Assembly: GCA_031362565.1 (NCBI GenBank)
Contig: JANLSU010000073.1
Coordinates: forward strand, 64,001-128,000
Source: a bacterium
GTDB taxonomy: Bacteria; Krumholzibacteriota; Krumholzibacteriia; G020349025
Direction: 5' to 3'
Length of the DNA: 64,000 nt
Made by a program: the position numbers and the translations under genes. Of the stretch, positions 49,934 through 59,070 are shown one piece after another; within the stretch, counting starts at the first letter, position 1, and each line of letters starts with the position of its first letter. The notes under the pieces were generated by a model. The model was not told the origin of the DNA, made no database searches, and saw nothing but the letters and a program-made list of their open reading frames with translations.

Positions 49934-52900
49934 TTACTTGAGGAGCGTCAGGCGGCGCGTCAGGCTCGTTCCACCGGCGCGCAAACGCGCCATGTATGCG
50001 CCGCTCGCCACCCGGCGGCCGCCGTCGTCACGCCCATCCCAGGTCACGTGCTGGATGCCCGGCTCGACATGCGGTTTGTTCCAAAGCACGCGCACCCGCT
50101 GGCCGCGAGCATCGTAGATCTCGAGATTCGCCGCTCCCGCTGTCGCCAGCCCGAAGGTGAGCGTCGTCGTCGGGTTGAACGGATTCGGCGCCGCGGGCGC
50201 CAAGAACGTCCGCGCCGGTGCATTGTTGTTCTGCACCTCGATGCGCACCCCGGCGTGCAACACCAGCCCGCCGTTCGCGAGAACTTCGGCGACGCGATAG
50301 ACACTCGTGCCGGGCTCGGGCGTCGCATCGCGGAACTCGTACGTGTGATCGGACCTGCGCTCGACATCCGGGCCAAGAGATTCGAACCCGCCGCCGTTCG
50401 CGCTGCGCTGAATGCGGAACACCACGACATCCGTTTCGGGCCCGGTTCGCCAGTGCAGCACCACGGCGCCGTTGTCGTTGCTGGCGCTCAGTTCTTGGAT
50501 CTCCACCGGCACGCCGCTCTCCAAGTGCGTCCACTTGATTGCCGCGGCATCGGCATGGCTCTGCAGGGCGGCGAGATTGTCGCCGCCCAGAAACGCGAAG
50601 CCGACCTCGATGGAGTCGCCGGGCGCGATGTTGAACGGCCCGGTGGCGATGGCGATGGAGATGTCGGTCGGGCCGGCGACCGGATGCACCACACCGGCCG
50701 CGAGGCACGCCCACTTTTCGTCGTCTGCGAAACCGTCGTACACGCCCCAGTCCGGAGACAGGCCCGCATCGTTCCAAATGCCGCGATACGAAGTCGCGCC
50801 CAGCGCGCTGACAACCTGGACACCGACGTACTCCGTGGGGCCGCTGGCGCTGGTGTCGTAGACGTAGCCCAGGTTGCGGGCGGCATCGAAGCCGGTCTTG
50901 TTCGAGTCGAACGTCGAACCGTCGAGATCCCAGTCGCAGAACCAACCGACCCGCACACCGGTCAGGGTCGTACCGCCGGCGTTGCGAATGGCGAGGTGGA
51001 GCAATACATAGTCACCGTGAATCGGCCCCGGAAACGCGTACGACGTTTGATGCACGACCACCGGCAGCTTCGACTCCGCGATGCTGTCGTTGAACACGGC
51101 GACAATCGCTTGGCTGCCCGCCGGACCCGAGAGCAGCGCCTTGGGCACGCCGCCGGGGCGGGTCGCGAAATCGTCGTCGGTGTCCGGTGGGTTATTGCCG
51201 CGTGCCGCATCCGAGATCTTCGAGGGTCCGATGCCGATCATGAGCGAGCCTTCGTAGATGAGGTTCTCGCTGCCCTTATACCTGAACCCGACGCCGTCGC
51301 TGCCGGTGCCGCCCGACGCTGCACTGAAGCCGATCTTGCCGACGCTCGTTACACTTGCCTTGACGTTGTTCAGATCGTGCGTCGCGAACGTCGGCAGGAC
51401 CGTGAAATTGAACCGGTCTTTGTCGACATACGCCGGCCCGGCGGTCGAAATTGCCAGGATGCAACTCACCAGTTGCTGGATCGGCGCATTGGCGGCGATG
51501 GTCAAGTGCAACGGCGGCAGCTGCACGGACTGCAGCGAGTCGAGCGATCCCAGCGTCACGATGCTGTCGACAGGTGACGCGTACGCGGAAGTTTCCCGCA
51601 ACTTGAACGTCAACCCGGTGCACGCCGCCAGGTAATTGGTGACCTGGATATCGACACGTACGTCTTCACCCGGCTCGACGGCTCCGTCGCCGTCCTGGTC
51701 GGTGAGTTGCAGCGCCGAAATCCGTATGGCCGGAGTGTTCTTGGTGAGCGCAATCAAGGCGTTCACCCGTCCGTAGCCCAGGAGACCGGCACGGGCCGGA
51801 TTCGCCGCGTCGATGTTGTCGCAGGTGACTCGGACCCGTTCCATGACCTGGTCCGGTGTGTAGCCCGGCCACCGCGTCTTGATGAGCGCGCAGATGCCGG
51901 CGACTTGCGGGCTCGACATCGACGTACCGGTCAAATACCCCGTCAATGAGCCACTCGAGGCGGGAGTCGTGCTGAAAATCGTCTGACCCTGTGCCGACAC
52001 GTCGACGCTCGGGCCGTAATTCGACAGTGAATTCTTGACGTCGTTGTTGGCGACGTTCGCGACCGACAGGACATGGTTGTATGCCGACGGATAGTGCGCC
52101 AGCGGCGAATTGTTGTTGCCGGAGGCCGCGATCACCGCGGTGCCGTGCTCCCAGGCATAGGTGACGACATCCTGCTCGAACGCGCTGGGGGTCGACAGGG
52201 CGCCCCAACTGCAGTTCACGATGTCGGCACCGTTGTCTGCCGCATAGAGGATTCCCGCGTATCCGTAGGCGACCGTGCCGTCGGTGGTCGCCGAACTCGT
52301 ACAGATCGGCATCAACTTGGCGTTCCAGCTCGTGCCGCACACGAGCGTGGCATTATTGGTGACCGCGCAGCAAATACCGGCCGTGTGCGTGCCGTGGATC
52401 CCATTGTCATGCAAGACACCGGTCGGATCGTTGGTTTCGTTGGAGAAGTTCCAGCCATGCACGTCGTCGATGAAGCCGTTGCCGTCGTCGTCAATGCCGT
52501 TGGCGGCGATCTCGCCGGGATTGGTCCAGATGTTGGCCAACAGGTCCGGATGGCGCCAGTCGGTGCCGCCGTCCGAAAGCCCGATGACGACGCTGCCTTG
52601 TTCGCCCTTGGTGAGGTTCCAGGCCGCCGGTAAGTTCATCCGCAGCAAGTACCCGGTCTGCGAAATGAAGTTGGGGTCGTTGGGATTGACGCAGGTCGGG
52701 TACATCCACTGCGGTTCGGCGTATTCGACCTCCGGCTGGCGCGCGAGTGCCGCAGCCACCGCCTCGGGCGGGGCGCCGTCGGCGTAGCGCGCGATGACCA
52801 CATTCGACAGGTCGGTGTGGCCCACCTTGCGCGGCTTCTGCCGCACGGGCAGCACCGGAGCCACCTCGAGGACCCCGTGACGGGCGAGAATCGCGTCGAT

Positions 52901-53095
52901 CGTCGCCACCCCGGTGGCTTTGCCGGCACCGTCGGCGCTCGCCGTGCGAAGCTTGACGATGACCCGCCCGGGAAACGCCGTGCGCTCGCGGAGTGGGTTG
53001 GCGGTCGAAGGGTTCGGAATTTGGGCGGCTACGGCAGGCAGGACGCCCGCTGCGAGTGCGAGCAGTGCGATGAGCGTGCGGGTCGTTGGGTTCAC
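49934..53095 (-). CDS. Secreted S8 subtilisin-like protease, tandem paralog, with FlgD-Ig tail
   Basis: LSDGGTD, HGTHTAG, GTSMSSP; tail APNPFNPTT...WDGRDD...SGAYMARL...RRLTLLK. Confidence 0.93.
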   Translation of the reverse strand: MNPTTRTLIALLALAAGVLPAVAAQIPNPSTANPLRERTAFPGRVIVKLRTASADGAGKATGVATIDAILARHGVLEVAPVLPVRQKPRKVGHTDLSNVVIARYADGAPPEAVAAALARQPEVEYAEPQWMYPTCVNPNDPNFISQTGYLLRMNLPAAWNLTKGEQGSVVIGLSDGGTDWRHPDLLANIWTNPGEIAANGIDDDGNGFIDDVHGWNFSNETNDPTGVLHDNGIHGTHTAGICCAVTNNATLVCGTSWNAKLMPICTSSATTDGTVAYGYAGILYAADNGADIVNCSWGALSTPSAFEQDVVTYAWEHGTAVIAASGNNNSPLAHYPSAYNHVLSVANVANNDVKNSLSNYGPSVDVSAQGQTIFSTTPASSGSLTGYLTGTSMSSPQVAGICALIKTRWPGYTPDQVMERVRVTCDNIDAANPARAGLLGYGRVNALIALTKNTPAIRISALQLTDQDGDGAVEPGEDVRVDIQVTNYLAACTGLTFKLRETSAYASPVDSIVTLGSLDSLQSVQLPPLHLTIAANAPIQQLVSCILAISTAGPAYVDKDRFNFTVLPTFATHDLNNVKASVTSVGKIGFSAASGGTGSDGVGFRYKGSENLIYEGSLMIGIGPSKISDAARGNNPPDTDDDFATRPGGVPKALLSGPAGSQAIVAVFNDSIAESKLPVVVHQTSYAFPGPIHGDYVLLHLAIRNAGGTTLTGVRVGWFCDWDLDGSTFDSNKTGFDAARNLGYVYDTSASGPTEYVGVQVVSALGATSYRGIWNDAGLSPDWGVYDGFADDEKWACLAAGVVHPVAGPTDISIAIATGPFNIAPGDSIEVGFAFLGGDNLAALQSHADAAAIKWTHLESGVPVEIQELSASNDNGAVVLHWRTGPETDVVVFRIQRSANGGGFESLGPDVERRSDHTYEFRDATPEPGTSVYRVAEVLANGGLVLHAGVRIEVQNNNAPARTFLAPAAPNPFNPTTTLTFGLATAGAANLEIYDARGQRVRVLWNKPHVEPGIQHVTWDGRDDGGRRVASGAYMARLRAGGTSLTRRLTLLK

Positions 53096-53365
53096 GGAGC
53101 GTCTCCGGGGAAAGGGACCGACAGATCAATATGGTATGCGTTGGGTCGGTGGCTCGCAAGTCGGGTCATTTCGCGCACACGGAATGGGATTTGGGTGCAG
53201 GCGACCGAATTCGGCCCTAGGCTGGCGCATTCTTTACGAAACAGCCACGGAGATCCTTGATCCCGGCACCAAGTTGGACGCATACTGGGCGAGCTTCCCC
53301 AGCGTGCCATAGTTCAGGGCCTCGTCGTTCGCCCCCGCGCGATGCCCAATCCGTTGGAGTCCCCG

Positions 53366-54118
53366 ATGCGCTCGCGAACCTTGTTTCGCGACGTCCGCCT
53401 CAGCCGGCCGGACGCCGTAGTTTTCTCGATCTCTCTACTCACATCTCTTGCGGTGCTTGCCGGTACCGCAGGTGCGACGATTCTTGATTTTTCTGCTGCA
53501 CTCCAAAACATACCGGCGGGTGCGCCGGTCGGAACGGTGACGTTGCCGAACGGCGCGACGATGCACGTGACCGCAGACAACACGGGCGACGGGCCTGATC
53601 TCGCCATCGTCTTCGACTCGGCGCATCCGACCGGTGACAACCGTGATCTCGGAACTCCCAACGAGGATTTCGGCGGACCCGGGATCGGCGCCGGTGGGCA
53701 CCGCGGCAAGCCGGGCGAGAATGCCATCCCGCTTGGCAATGTTCTCATCATTGCCGACAACGACGCGGATGAAAATGGCGACGGGCTCGTCGACGATCCG
53801 GAGAATTCGCATGCCGGAGTCCTGACGCTGAAGTTCTCGCACGCCGGACGTGTCGCTCTCACATTCATCGATTTCGGCGATGACGATCCGGGACCGCGCT
53901 TGGTGCTGTTCGATGACGGCAACGAGGTGGGCGAGGCCCGCGGCCACAACATGGGCAACAACGGCGCGCAACACCTGGACCTGGCATCGTATGGCGACAT
54001 CGACCAGGTGGAAATTCATATGCGCGGCAGCCACTGCATCGGCGCCATCACGGTCGACGTGCCCGTCGTCGGCGTCGACACCGGCACGTGGTCGAAGGTG
54101 AAGTCGCTGTTCCGGTAG
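53366..54118 (+). CDS. Exported acidic hypothetical protein with C-terminal TWSKVKSLFR motif
   Basis: Signal peptide ending AGA; DLGTPNEDFGGPGIGAGG, LGNVLII, DENGDGLVDD (possible Ca site); followed by a terminator. Confidence 0.75.
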   Translation: MRSRTLFRDVRLSRPDAVVFSISLLTSLAVLAGTAGATILDFSAALQNIPAGAPVGTVTLPNGATMHVTADNTGDGPDLAIVFDSAHPTGDNRDLGTPNEDFGGPGIGAGGHRGKPGENAIPLGNVLIIADNDADENGDGLVDDPENSHAGVLTLKFSHAGRVALTFIDFGDDDPGPRLVLFDDGNEVGEARGHNMGNNGAQHLDLASYGDIDQVEIHMRGSHCIGAITVDVPVVGVDTGTWSKVKSLFR

Positions 54119-54136
54119 GGGCACGCAGCGAGCCTG

Positions 54137-54179
54137 AGCGCCGTCCTCCGAACGAACCGGAGGGCGGCGCTGTTTCTTT
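54137..54179 (+). terminator. Intrinsic terminator
   Basis: AGCGCCGTCCTCCG-loop-CGGAGGGCGGCGCT followed by GTTTCTTT. Confidence 0.8.
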
Positions 54180-54268
54180 GGGGGCCACGGTCGAGGCGGT
54201 GCCTCGATTTCCGGACGCCGCGCGCGTACGATGGTGCCCAGGGGTACTTTGGCCGTGGAGGGCGCACG

Positions 54269-55666
54269 TTGTTGAAACAGTACTATCTTGGGTGTCTCGC
54301 ACATGCTTCCTACTTGATCGCCGATGAAACGACCGGGGTGGCTGCCGTTGTCGATCCGCAGCGCGACGTGGATCAGTACCTGTCTGACGCGGCCGCGGGC
54401 GGCCTGCGGATCGAACACGTTTTCTTGACGCATTTTCACGCCGACTTCGTCGCCGGGCATCTCGAACTGCGGGCCCGCACCGGGGCCACCATTCACCTGG
54501 GGGCGCGGGCCGAGGCCGACTACGCATTCGTTCCGGGCCGCGATGGTGACCGCCTCGAACTCGGTCCCAACGTCCGTCTCGAAATTTTGGAGACGCCGGG
54601 GCACACCCCCGAGAGCATCTCGCTCGTCGTGCACGATCGCCAGCAGGATGCCGTCAATCCATATGCAGTTTTGACTGGCGACACGTTGTTCATCGGCGAT
54701 GTCGGGCGCCCGGATCTCATGGCTTCGGTGGGCATGACCGCCGAGGAATTGGCCGGCCTGCTTTACGATTCGCTGCGCAACAAACTGTTGGTGCTGCCGG
54801 ATGCGACGCTCGTCTATCCGGCCCACGGCGCCGGTTCGATGTGCGGCAAGAATCTCTCGAAGGAAACCGTCTCGACACTCGGTGAGCAGCGCAAGTTCAA
54901 CTACGCATTGCAACCCATGGCGCGGGACGAGTTCGTGCGCTTGGTGACCGCCGATCAGCCGGAAGCGCCCGGTTATTTCGCCTATGACGCCGATCTCAAT
55001 CGTCGCGAACGGCCAACGCTCGACATGACACTAGCGCGCATGCTCCAACCGCTCGCGTTGGAGGAAGTGCTCCGCATGGCGGCTGCGGGCGCCTACGTTC
55101 TCGATGTCCGCGACCCGGCGGATTGGGCCGGCGCACACCTGGCGGGCAGCATCAACATTGGTTTGTCGGGGCAGTTCGCGACTTGGGCTGGATCGCTGCT
55201 CGATCGGACTCGCGCCATCGTCGTCGTGGCTGATCCCGGCCGCGAGAGCGAAGCCGCGACGCGGCTCGGCCGGATTGGGTTCGATCACTTGGCGGGCTAT
55301 CTCGACACCGGGATGGCGGCGCTCGCGGGCCGCCCCGAATTGCTGCGGGCTCACGAACGGGTCACGGCACCGGTGCTGGCGGAATGGCTCGCCCAGGCGG
55401 CGCCACCCGTCGTCCTCGACATTCGCAATCCAGGCGAACGCGACGCGAAGCACATCGCTGGCAGTCTGCACATTCCGCTCGCCCAGCTCGAACGCCGTCG
55501 CGGCGAAATACCGCGTGGCCGGCGGCTCGTCGTGCATTGCGCCGGTGGCTATCGCTCGATGATCGCTCTCAGCTTGCTCGAACACCACGCTGTTCCCGAC
55601 GCCACCGACCTGGTGGGCGGCATCGCCGCCTGGGAGAAATCGGCGCTGCCGGTGCAACTCGCGTAG
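54269..55666 (+). CDS. MBL-fold hydrolase (persulfide dioxygenase-like) with two rhodanese domains
   Basis: CLAHASY, THFHADF, TPGHTPE, TGDTLFIGDVGRPDL, PAHGAGSMCG, VHCAGGYRS. Confidence 0.92.
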   Translation: MLKQYYLGCLAHASYLIADETTGVAAVVDPQRDVDQYLSDAAAGGLRIEHVFLTHFHADFVAGHLELRARTGATIHLGARAEADYAFVPGRDGDRLELGPNVRLEILETPGHTPESISLVVHDRQQDAVNPYAVLTGDTLFIGDVGRPDLMASVGMTAEELAGLLYDSLRNKLLVLPDATLVYPAHGAGSMCGKNLSKETVSTLGEQRKFNYALQPMARDEFVRLVTADQPEAPGYFAYDADLNRRERPTLDMTLARMLQPLALEEVLRMAAAGAYVLDVRDPADWAGAHLAGSINIGLSGQFATWAGSLLDRTRAIVVVADPGRESEAATRLGRIGFDHLAGYLDTGMAALAGRPELLRAHERVTAPVLAEWLAQAAPPVVLDIRNPGERDAKHIAGSLHIPLAQLERRRGEIPRGRRLVVHCAGGYRSMIALSLLEHHAVPDATDLVGGIAAWEKSALPVQLA

Positions 55667-55779
55667 AGCAGTTGGTTGTTTCTACCGAAGGACATCCCGA
55701 CAACCCCCGGCGGCTCGAAACGGAGCGCCGCTTGCTAAACGGCGGAGAGATCCCCGTTGTCGTGTTTGGAGGGGGCTGC

Positions 55780-57063
55780 GTGGAACGCCCGATCAACCGC
55801 GTCGTCGTGCTCGGTGCGAACGGCACGATGGGGGCCCAATCGGCCGCGCTGTTTGCACGTGCCGGTGCCGAGGTCGTGTGCGTCAGCCGGACGGTGGAGA
55901 AATCCGCTGCCGCGATCACCCGCCTCTTGGCCAAGGAACCTGAACTCGCGCCGCGCTTGCAGGCGATCGCGTACGACGGCCTGCCGGCCGCGCTCGTGGG
56001 CTGCGACTGGGTGTTCGAGGCCCTGGGCGAGGACGCAACGCTCAAAAGCACCATTTTTGCGATCATCGACCGGCACCGGGCACCCGATTGCGTCGTCAGC
56101 ACCGTGACGAGCGGCCTTTCCATCACCGCCCTCGCCGCGAGCTGCAGCCCGTCCTTTCAGCAACATTTTATCGGCACGCACTTCTTCAACCCACCGGCGA
56201 AGCTCCTTGCCTGCGAGCGGATCGCGCATCCCGCGGCGCGGCCGGAGTTCGTCGAGTTCATCGACACCTACTTGCGCGAGCGCTTGCAACGCGTCGTCAT
56301 TCCGGCGCGCGATGTGCCGGGGTTCGCGGGCAATCGCATCGGCTTCCAGTTCCTGAATCAGGCGGCCCAGGCGGCCGAGACGCACGGTGTGTTGGCGGTG
56401 GACACCTTGCTCGGCGGCTACACGGGGCGGGCGTTGCCGCCGCTCGCGACCATCGATCTCGTCGGTCTCGACGTGCACCGGGCGATCGTCGACAACGTCT
56501 TCGCCAATGCCGCGCACGATTGCCGGGAATGCTTCCAGGTGCCGGAGTTCGTCGCCGCGATGATCGGCCGCGGGCAGCTCGGCAAGAAGGCGCCGCAAGC
56601 CGGCGGATTCTATGGCCCGCGCACCAACGGCGCTCGGCCGGTGTGGAACGTGCAGCTCGCGGTGCACGAAACCCCCGAAGCACCGCGCTATGATTTCGTA
56701 GACGCCGCAATCGCGGCGCTGCAGACGGGCGATGCGGCGGCCGCGATCCGCGGCGTGTTCGCGGCGACTGAAGGGCCGGCGCGCTTCGTTCAAAAAATAC
56801 TGGCAAACTACCTGCACTACTCGTTCTCGCGAGTCGGCGATGTTACGGACACTGCGGACGGCATTCATGGCATCGACGCCGTGATGGCGCACGGGTTCTG
56901 CTGGGCGCCACCTGGCGCGTTCGTGGATCTGCTCGGTGGGCCGGCGGCGACGGCGCGCGTGCTCGTGGCGAACGGGTTCCGGGTGCCGGTGGCGCTTGCG
57001 GAGCTGCCGGAGGGTGCCAGCGTTTGTCGGATTGCCAACCCCGCGAAGTTCTTCCTCGTCTGA
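55780..57063 (+). CDS. 3-hydroxyacyl-CoA dehydrogenase-like protein
   Basis: VLGANGTMG, WVFEALGED..LK, TVTSGLSI, GTHFFNPP, PGFAGNRIG, TIDLVGLDV, GQLGKK. Confidence 0.85.
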   Translation: MERPINRVVVLGANGTMGAQSAALFARAGAEVVCVSRTVEKSAAAITRLLAKEPELAPRLQAIAYDGLPAALVGCDWVFEALGEDATLKSTIFAIIDRHRAPDCVVSTVTSGLSITALAASCSPSFQQHFIGTHFFNPPAKLLACERIAHPAARPEFVEFIDTYLRERLQRVVIPARDVPGFAGNRIGFQFLNQAAQAAETHGVLAVDTLLGGYTGRALPPLATIDLVGLDVHRAIVDNVFANAAHDCRECFQVPEFVAAMIGRGQLGKKAPQAGGFYGPRTNGARPVWNVQLAVHETPEAPRYDFVDAAIAALQTGDAAAAIRGVFAATEGPARFVQKILANYLHYSFSRVGDVTDTADGIHGIDAVMAHGFCWAPPGAFVDLLGGPAATARVLVANGFRVPVALAELPEGASVCRIANPAKFFLV

Positions 57064-57102
57064 CCGGAGGTCCAGGCGCTTCGCGCCTGGACGACTGCCC
57101 CT

Positions 57103-57132
57103 TGGACACCTAGCCTCCACGCGCGGTAGAAT
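57103..57132 (+). promoter_or_regulatory. Candidate sigma70 promoter TGGACA-N18-TAGAAT upstream of the aro-cmoA operon
   Basis: Located in the 151-bp gap between the HADH-like gene and the CM/DAHP synthase gene. Confidence 0.5.
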
Positions 57133-57214
57133 CCCTGCCGAACGCGGCGCACGGCGCCCCGATCCGAGCCCGGATTCTTCACTGATTCACCCACCGTGCA
57201 TTGGAGAACGTCGC

Positions 57215-58282
57215 ATGTCCGACGTCACCATCACTGCCTTGCGCCAGAGGATCGACGCGCTCAACACCCAGCTTCTGGGGCTTCTCCAGGAGCGCGCCGC
57301 GGTTGTGCTCGACATCGCCAACCTCAAACAGTCGCACGGCATCGACGGCTACGACCCGAAACGCGAAGAAGAAATGCTGCACCGGCTCGTGGCCGAGGCC
57401 AACGGGCCTTTCGGGCCCGCCGAGGTCAGCGAAATCTTCAAGACCATCTTCCGGGTTTCACTCGATATTCAGGATCGCGACCGGCAGCAGAAGCTGCGGG
57501 TGCGGCGCCGCGACTTGGTACCCGAGGGTGGGCTGCGGGTCGGCAAAGCGGTGTTCGGCGGCGGCAAACCGGTGCTGATCGCCGGACCTTGTTCGGTGGA
57601 GTCGGCCGAGCAAATGGAGCGCATCGCGGCGGGACTGGCGAAGATTCCGGCGGTCAAGCTCTTGCGCGGCGGCGCCTTCAAGCCGCGCACCAATCCCTAT
57701 TCGTTCCAGGGCCTGCGCGAAGAAGGGCTCAAGCTGTTGCAGGATGCCGGCCGCCGGCATGGCCTGACGACCGTCACCGAAGTCTTGGACACTTCGACGC
57801 TCGATTTGGTGAGCGAGTACACGGACATGTTGCAGGTCGGTTCGCGCAACATGTACAACACCGAACTTTTGAAGGCGATTGGCAAGACTCGCAAGCCGGT
57901 GCTGCTCAAGCGTGGCTTCATGGCGACGCTCGAAGAATTCATGCTGGCGGCGGAGTACATCCTGGCCGAAGGCAACGACAAGGTCGTGTTGTGCGAACGC
58001 GGCATTCGCACCTTCGAGCGCTGGACGCGCAACACCCTCGACATTTCCGCCGTGCCGCTCCTCAAGCAGGAGACATCCTTGCCGGTGATCGTCGACCTGA
58101 GCCACGCGCTCGGGCGGAGCGACATCTTGACGCCGTGTGCGCGTGCGGCTCTCGCCGCCGGCGCCGACGGGCTCATGATCGAAGTGCACGACCGGCCGGA
58201 TCAAGCTTTGTCCGACGGATTCCAGCAGGTCGATCTCGCGGTATTCGAGAAGTTCGTGCGCGACGTGGGGGTCCAAGCGTGA
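57215..58282 (+). CDS. Bifunctional chorismate mutase (AroQ-type) / class I-beta DAHP synthase (Bacillus AroA/AroG type)
   Basis: N-terminal LRQRIDALNTQLLGLLQERA...YDPKREEEML; DAHP synthase IAGPCSVES, RGGAFKPRT, QVGSRNM, LLKRG, CERGIRTF, DLSH, IEVH. Confidence 0.95.
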   Translation: MSDVTITALRQRIDALNTQLLGLLQERAAVVLDIANLKQSHGIDGYDPKREEEMLHRLVAEANGPFGPAEVSEIFKTIFRVSLDIQDRDRQQKLRVRRRDLVPEGGLRVGKAVFGGGKPVLIAGPCSVESAEQMERIAAGLAKIPAVKLLRGGAFKPRTNPYSFQGLREEGLKLLQDAGRRHGLTTVTEVLDTSTLDLVSEYTDMLQVGSRNMYNTELLKAIGKTRKPVLLKRGFMATLEEFMLAAEYILAEGNDKVVLCERGIRTFERWTRNTLDISAVPLLKQETSLPVIVDLSHALGRSDILTPCARAALAAGADGLMIEVHDRPDQALSDGFQQVDLAVFEKFVRDVGVQA

Positions 58283-59070
58283 AACCGGTCGACCCGCAGC
58301 CCGCCGCGGACTCTTTAGTGCGGCCTCGTGGCGCCAGCGTCCCTAAAGATCAGGTCTTCGCCCAGCCGCGCGCCAAGATCGAAGACTTCAACTTCGGCCA
58401 CGACACGGCAGTCGTCTTCGACGACATGCTGGAACGCTCGGTACCGTTCTACGGTGAAATTCAGCGCATGGTGGCCGAGTTGGCCGCCGATTTCGCCGCC
58501 GACGGGACTGCAGTCGTCGATCTCGGCTGTTCGACCTGCACGAGCTTCCTGCAAATCGGCGCGGCACTGCCGCCGGATGTCGGGGTGCGCTTCGTGGGCA
58601 TCGACAGCTCGGAGGAAATGCTCGATCAAGCCCGCGAGAAACTGACCGCGGCGCGCTTCGCACGTCCCTACGAATTGCGCTGCCAGAACATGGACCAGGG
58701 CGTCGACGTGAGTGGCGCTTCGGTGGTGCTCCTGGTGTTGACCCTGCAGTTCGTGCGGCCGTTGCATCGCGAGCGCATCATGCGCAGCATCTACGACGGC
58801 ATGGAACCCAACGGCTGCTTGATCCTGGTGGAAAAGGTGTTGGGTGAGAGCTCCACCTTCAACCGGCTCTTCATCAAGCACTACTACGACATGAAGCGCA
58901 AGAACGGTTACAGCGATCTCGAAATTGCCCAAAAGCGCGAAGCGCTCGAGAACGTCCTCGTTCCGTACCAACTGGAAGAGAATAAACTGCTTCTCCAGCA
59001 GTGCGGATTCCGCAGCGTCGATGTGTTCTTCAAGTGGTACAACTTTTGCGGCATGTTGGCGATGAAGTGA
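58279..59070 (+). CDS. cmoA: Carboxy-S-adenosyl-L-methionine synthase CmoA
   Basis: VFDDMLERSVPFY, DLGCST, IDSSEEM, TLQF, EK, KRKNGYSDLEIAQKREALENVL, YNF align with E. coli CmoA motifs. GTG start overlaps the upstream TGA. Confidence 0.92.
   Translation: MKPVDPQPAADSLVRPRGASVPKDQVFAQPRAKIEDFNFGHDTAVVFDDMLERSVPFYGEIQRMVAELAADFAADGTAVVDLGCSTCTSFLQIGAALPPDVGVRFVGIDSSEEMLDQAREKLTAARFARPYELRCQNMDQGVDVSGASVVLLVLTLQFVRPLHRERIMRSIYDGMEPNGCLILVEKVLGESSTFNRLFIKHYYDMKRKNGYSDLEIAQKREALENVLVPYQLEENKLLLQQCGFRSVDVFFKWYNFCGMLAMK

Noticed and set aside
57196..58278. Long N-terminal extension of the 624-aa ORF ending in CmoA
   Set aside because: It is an alternate frame over the CM/DAHP synthase gene; CmoA similarity begins at GTG 58279.
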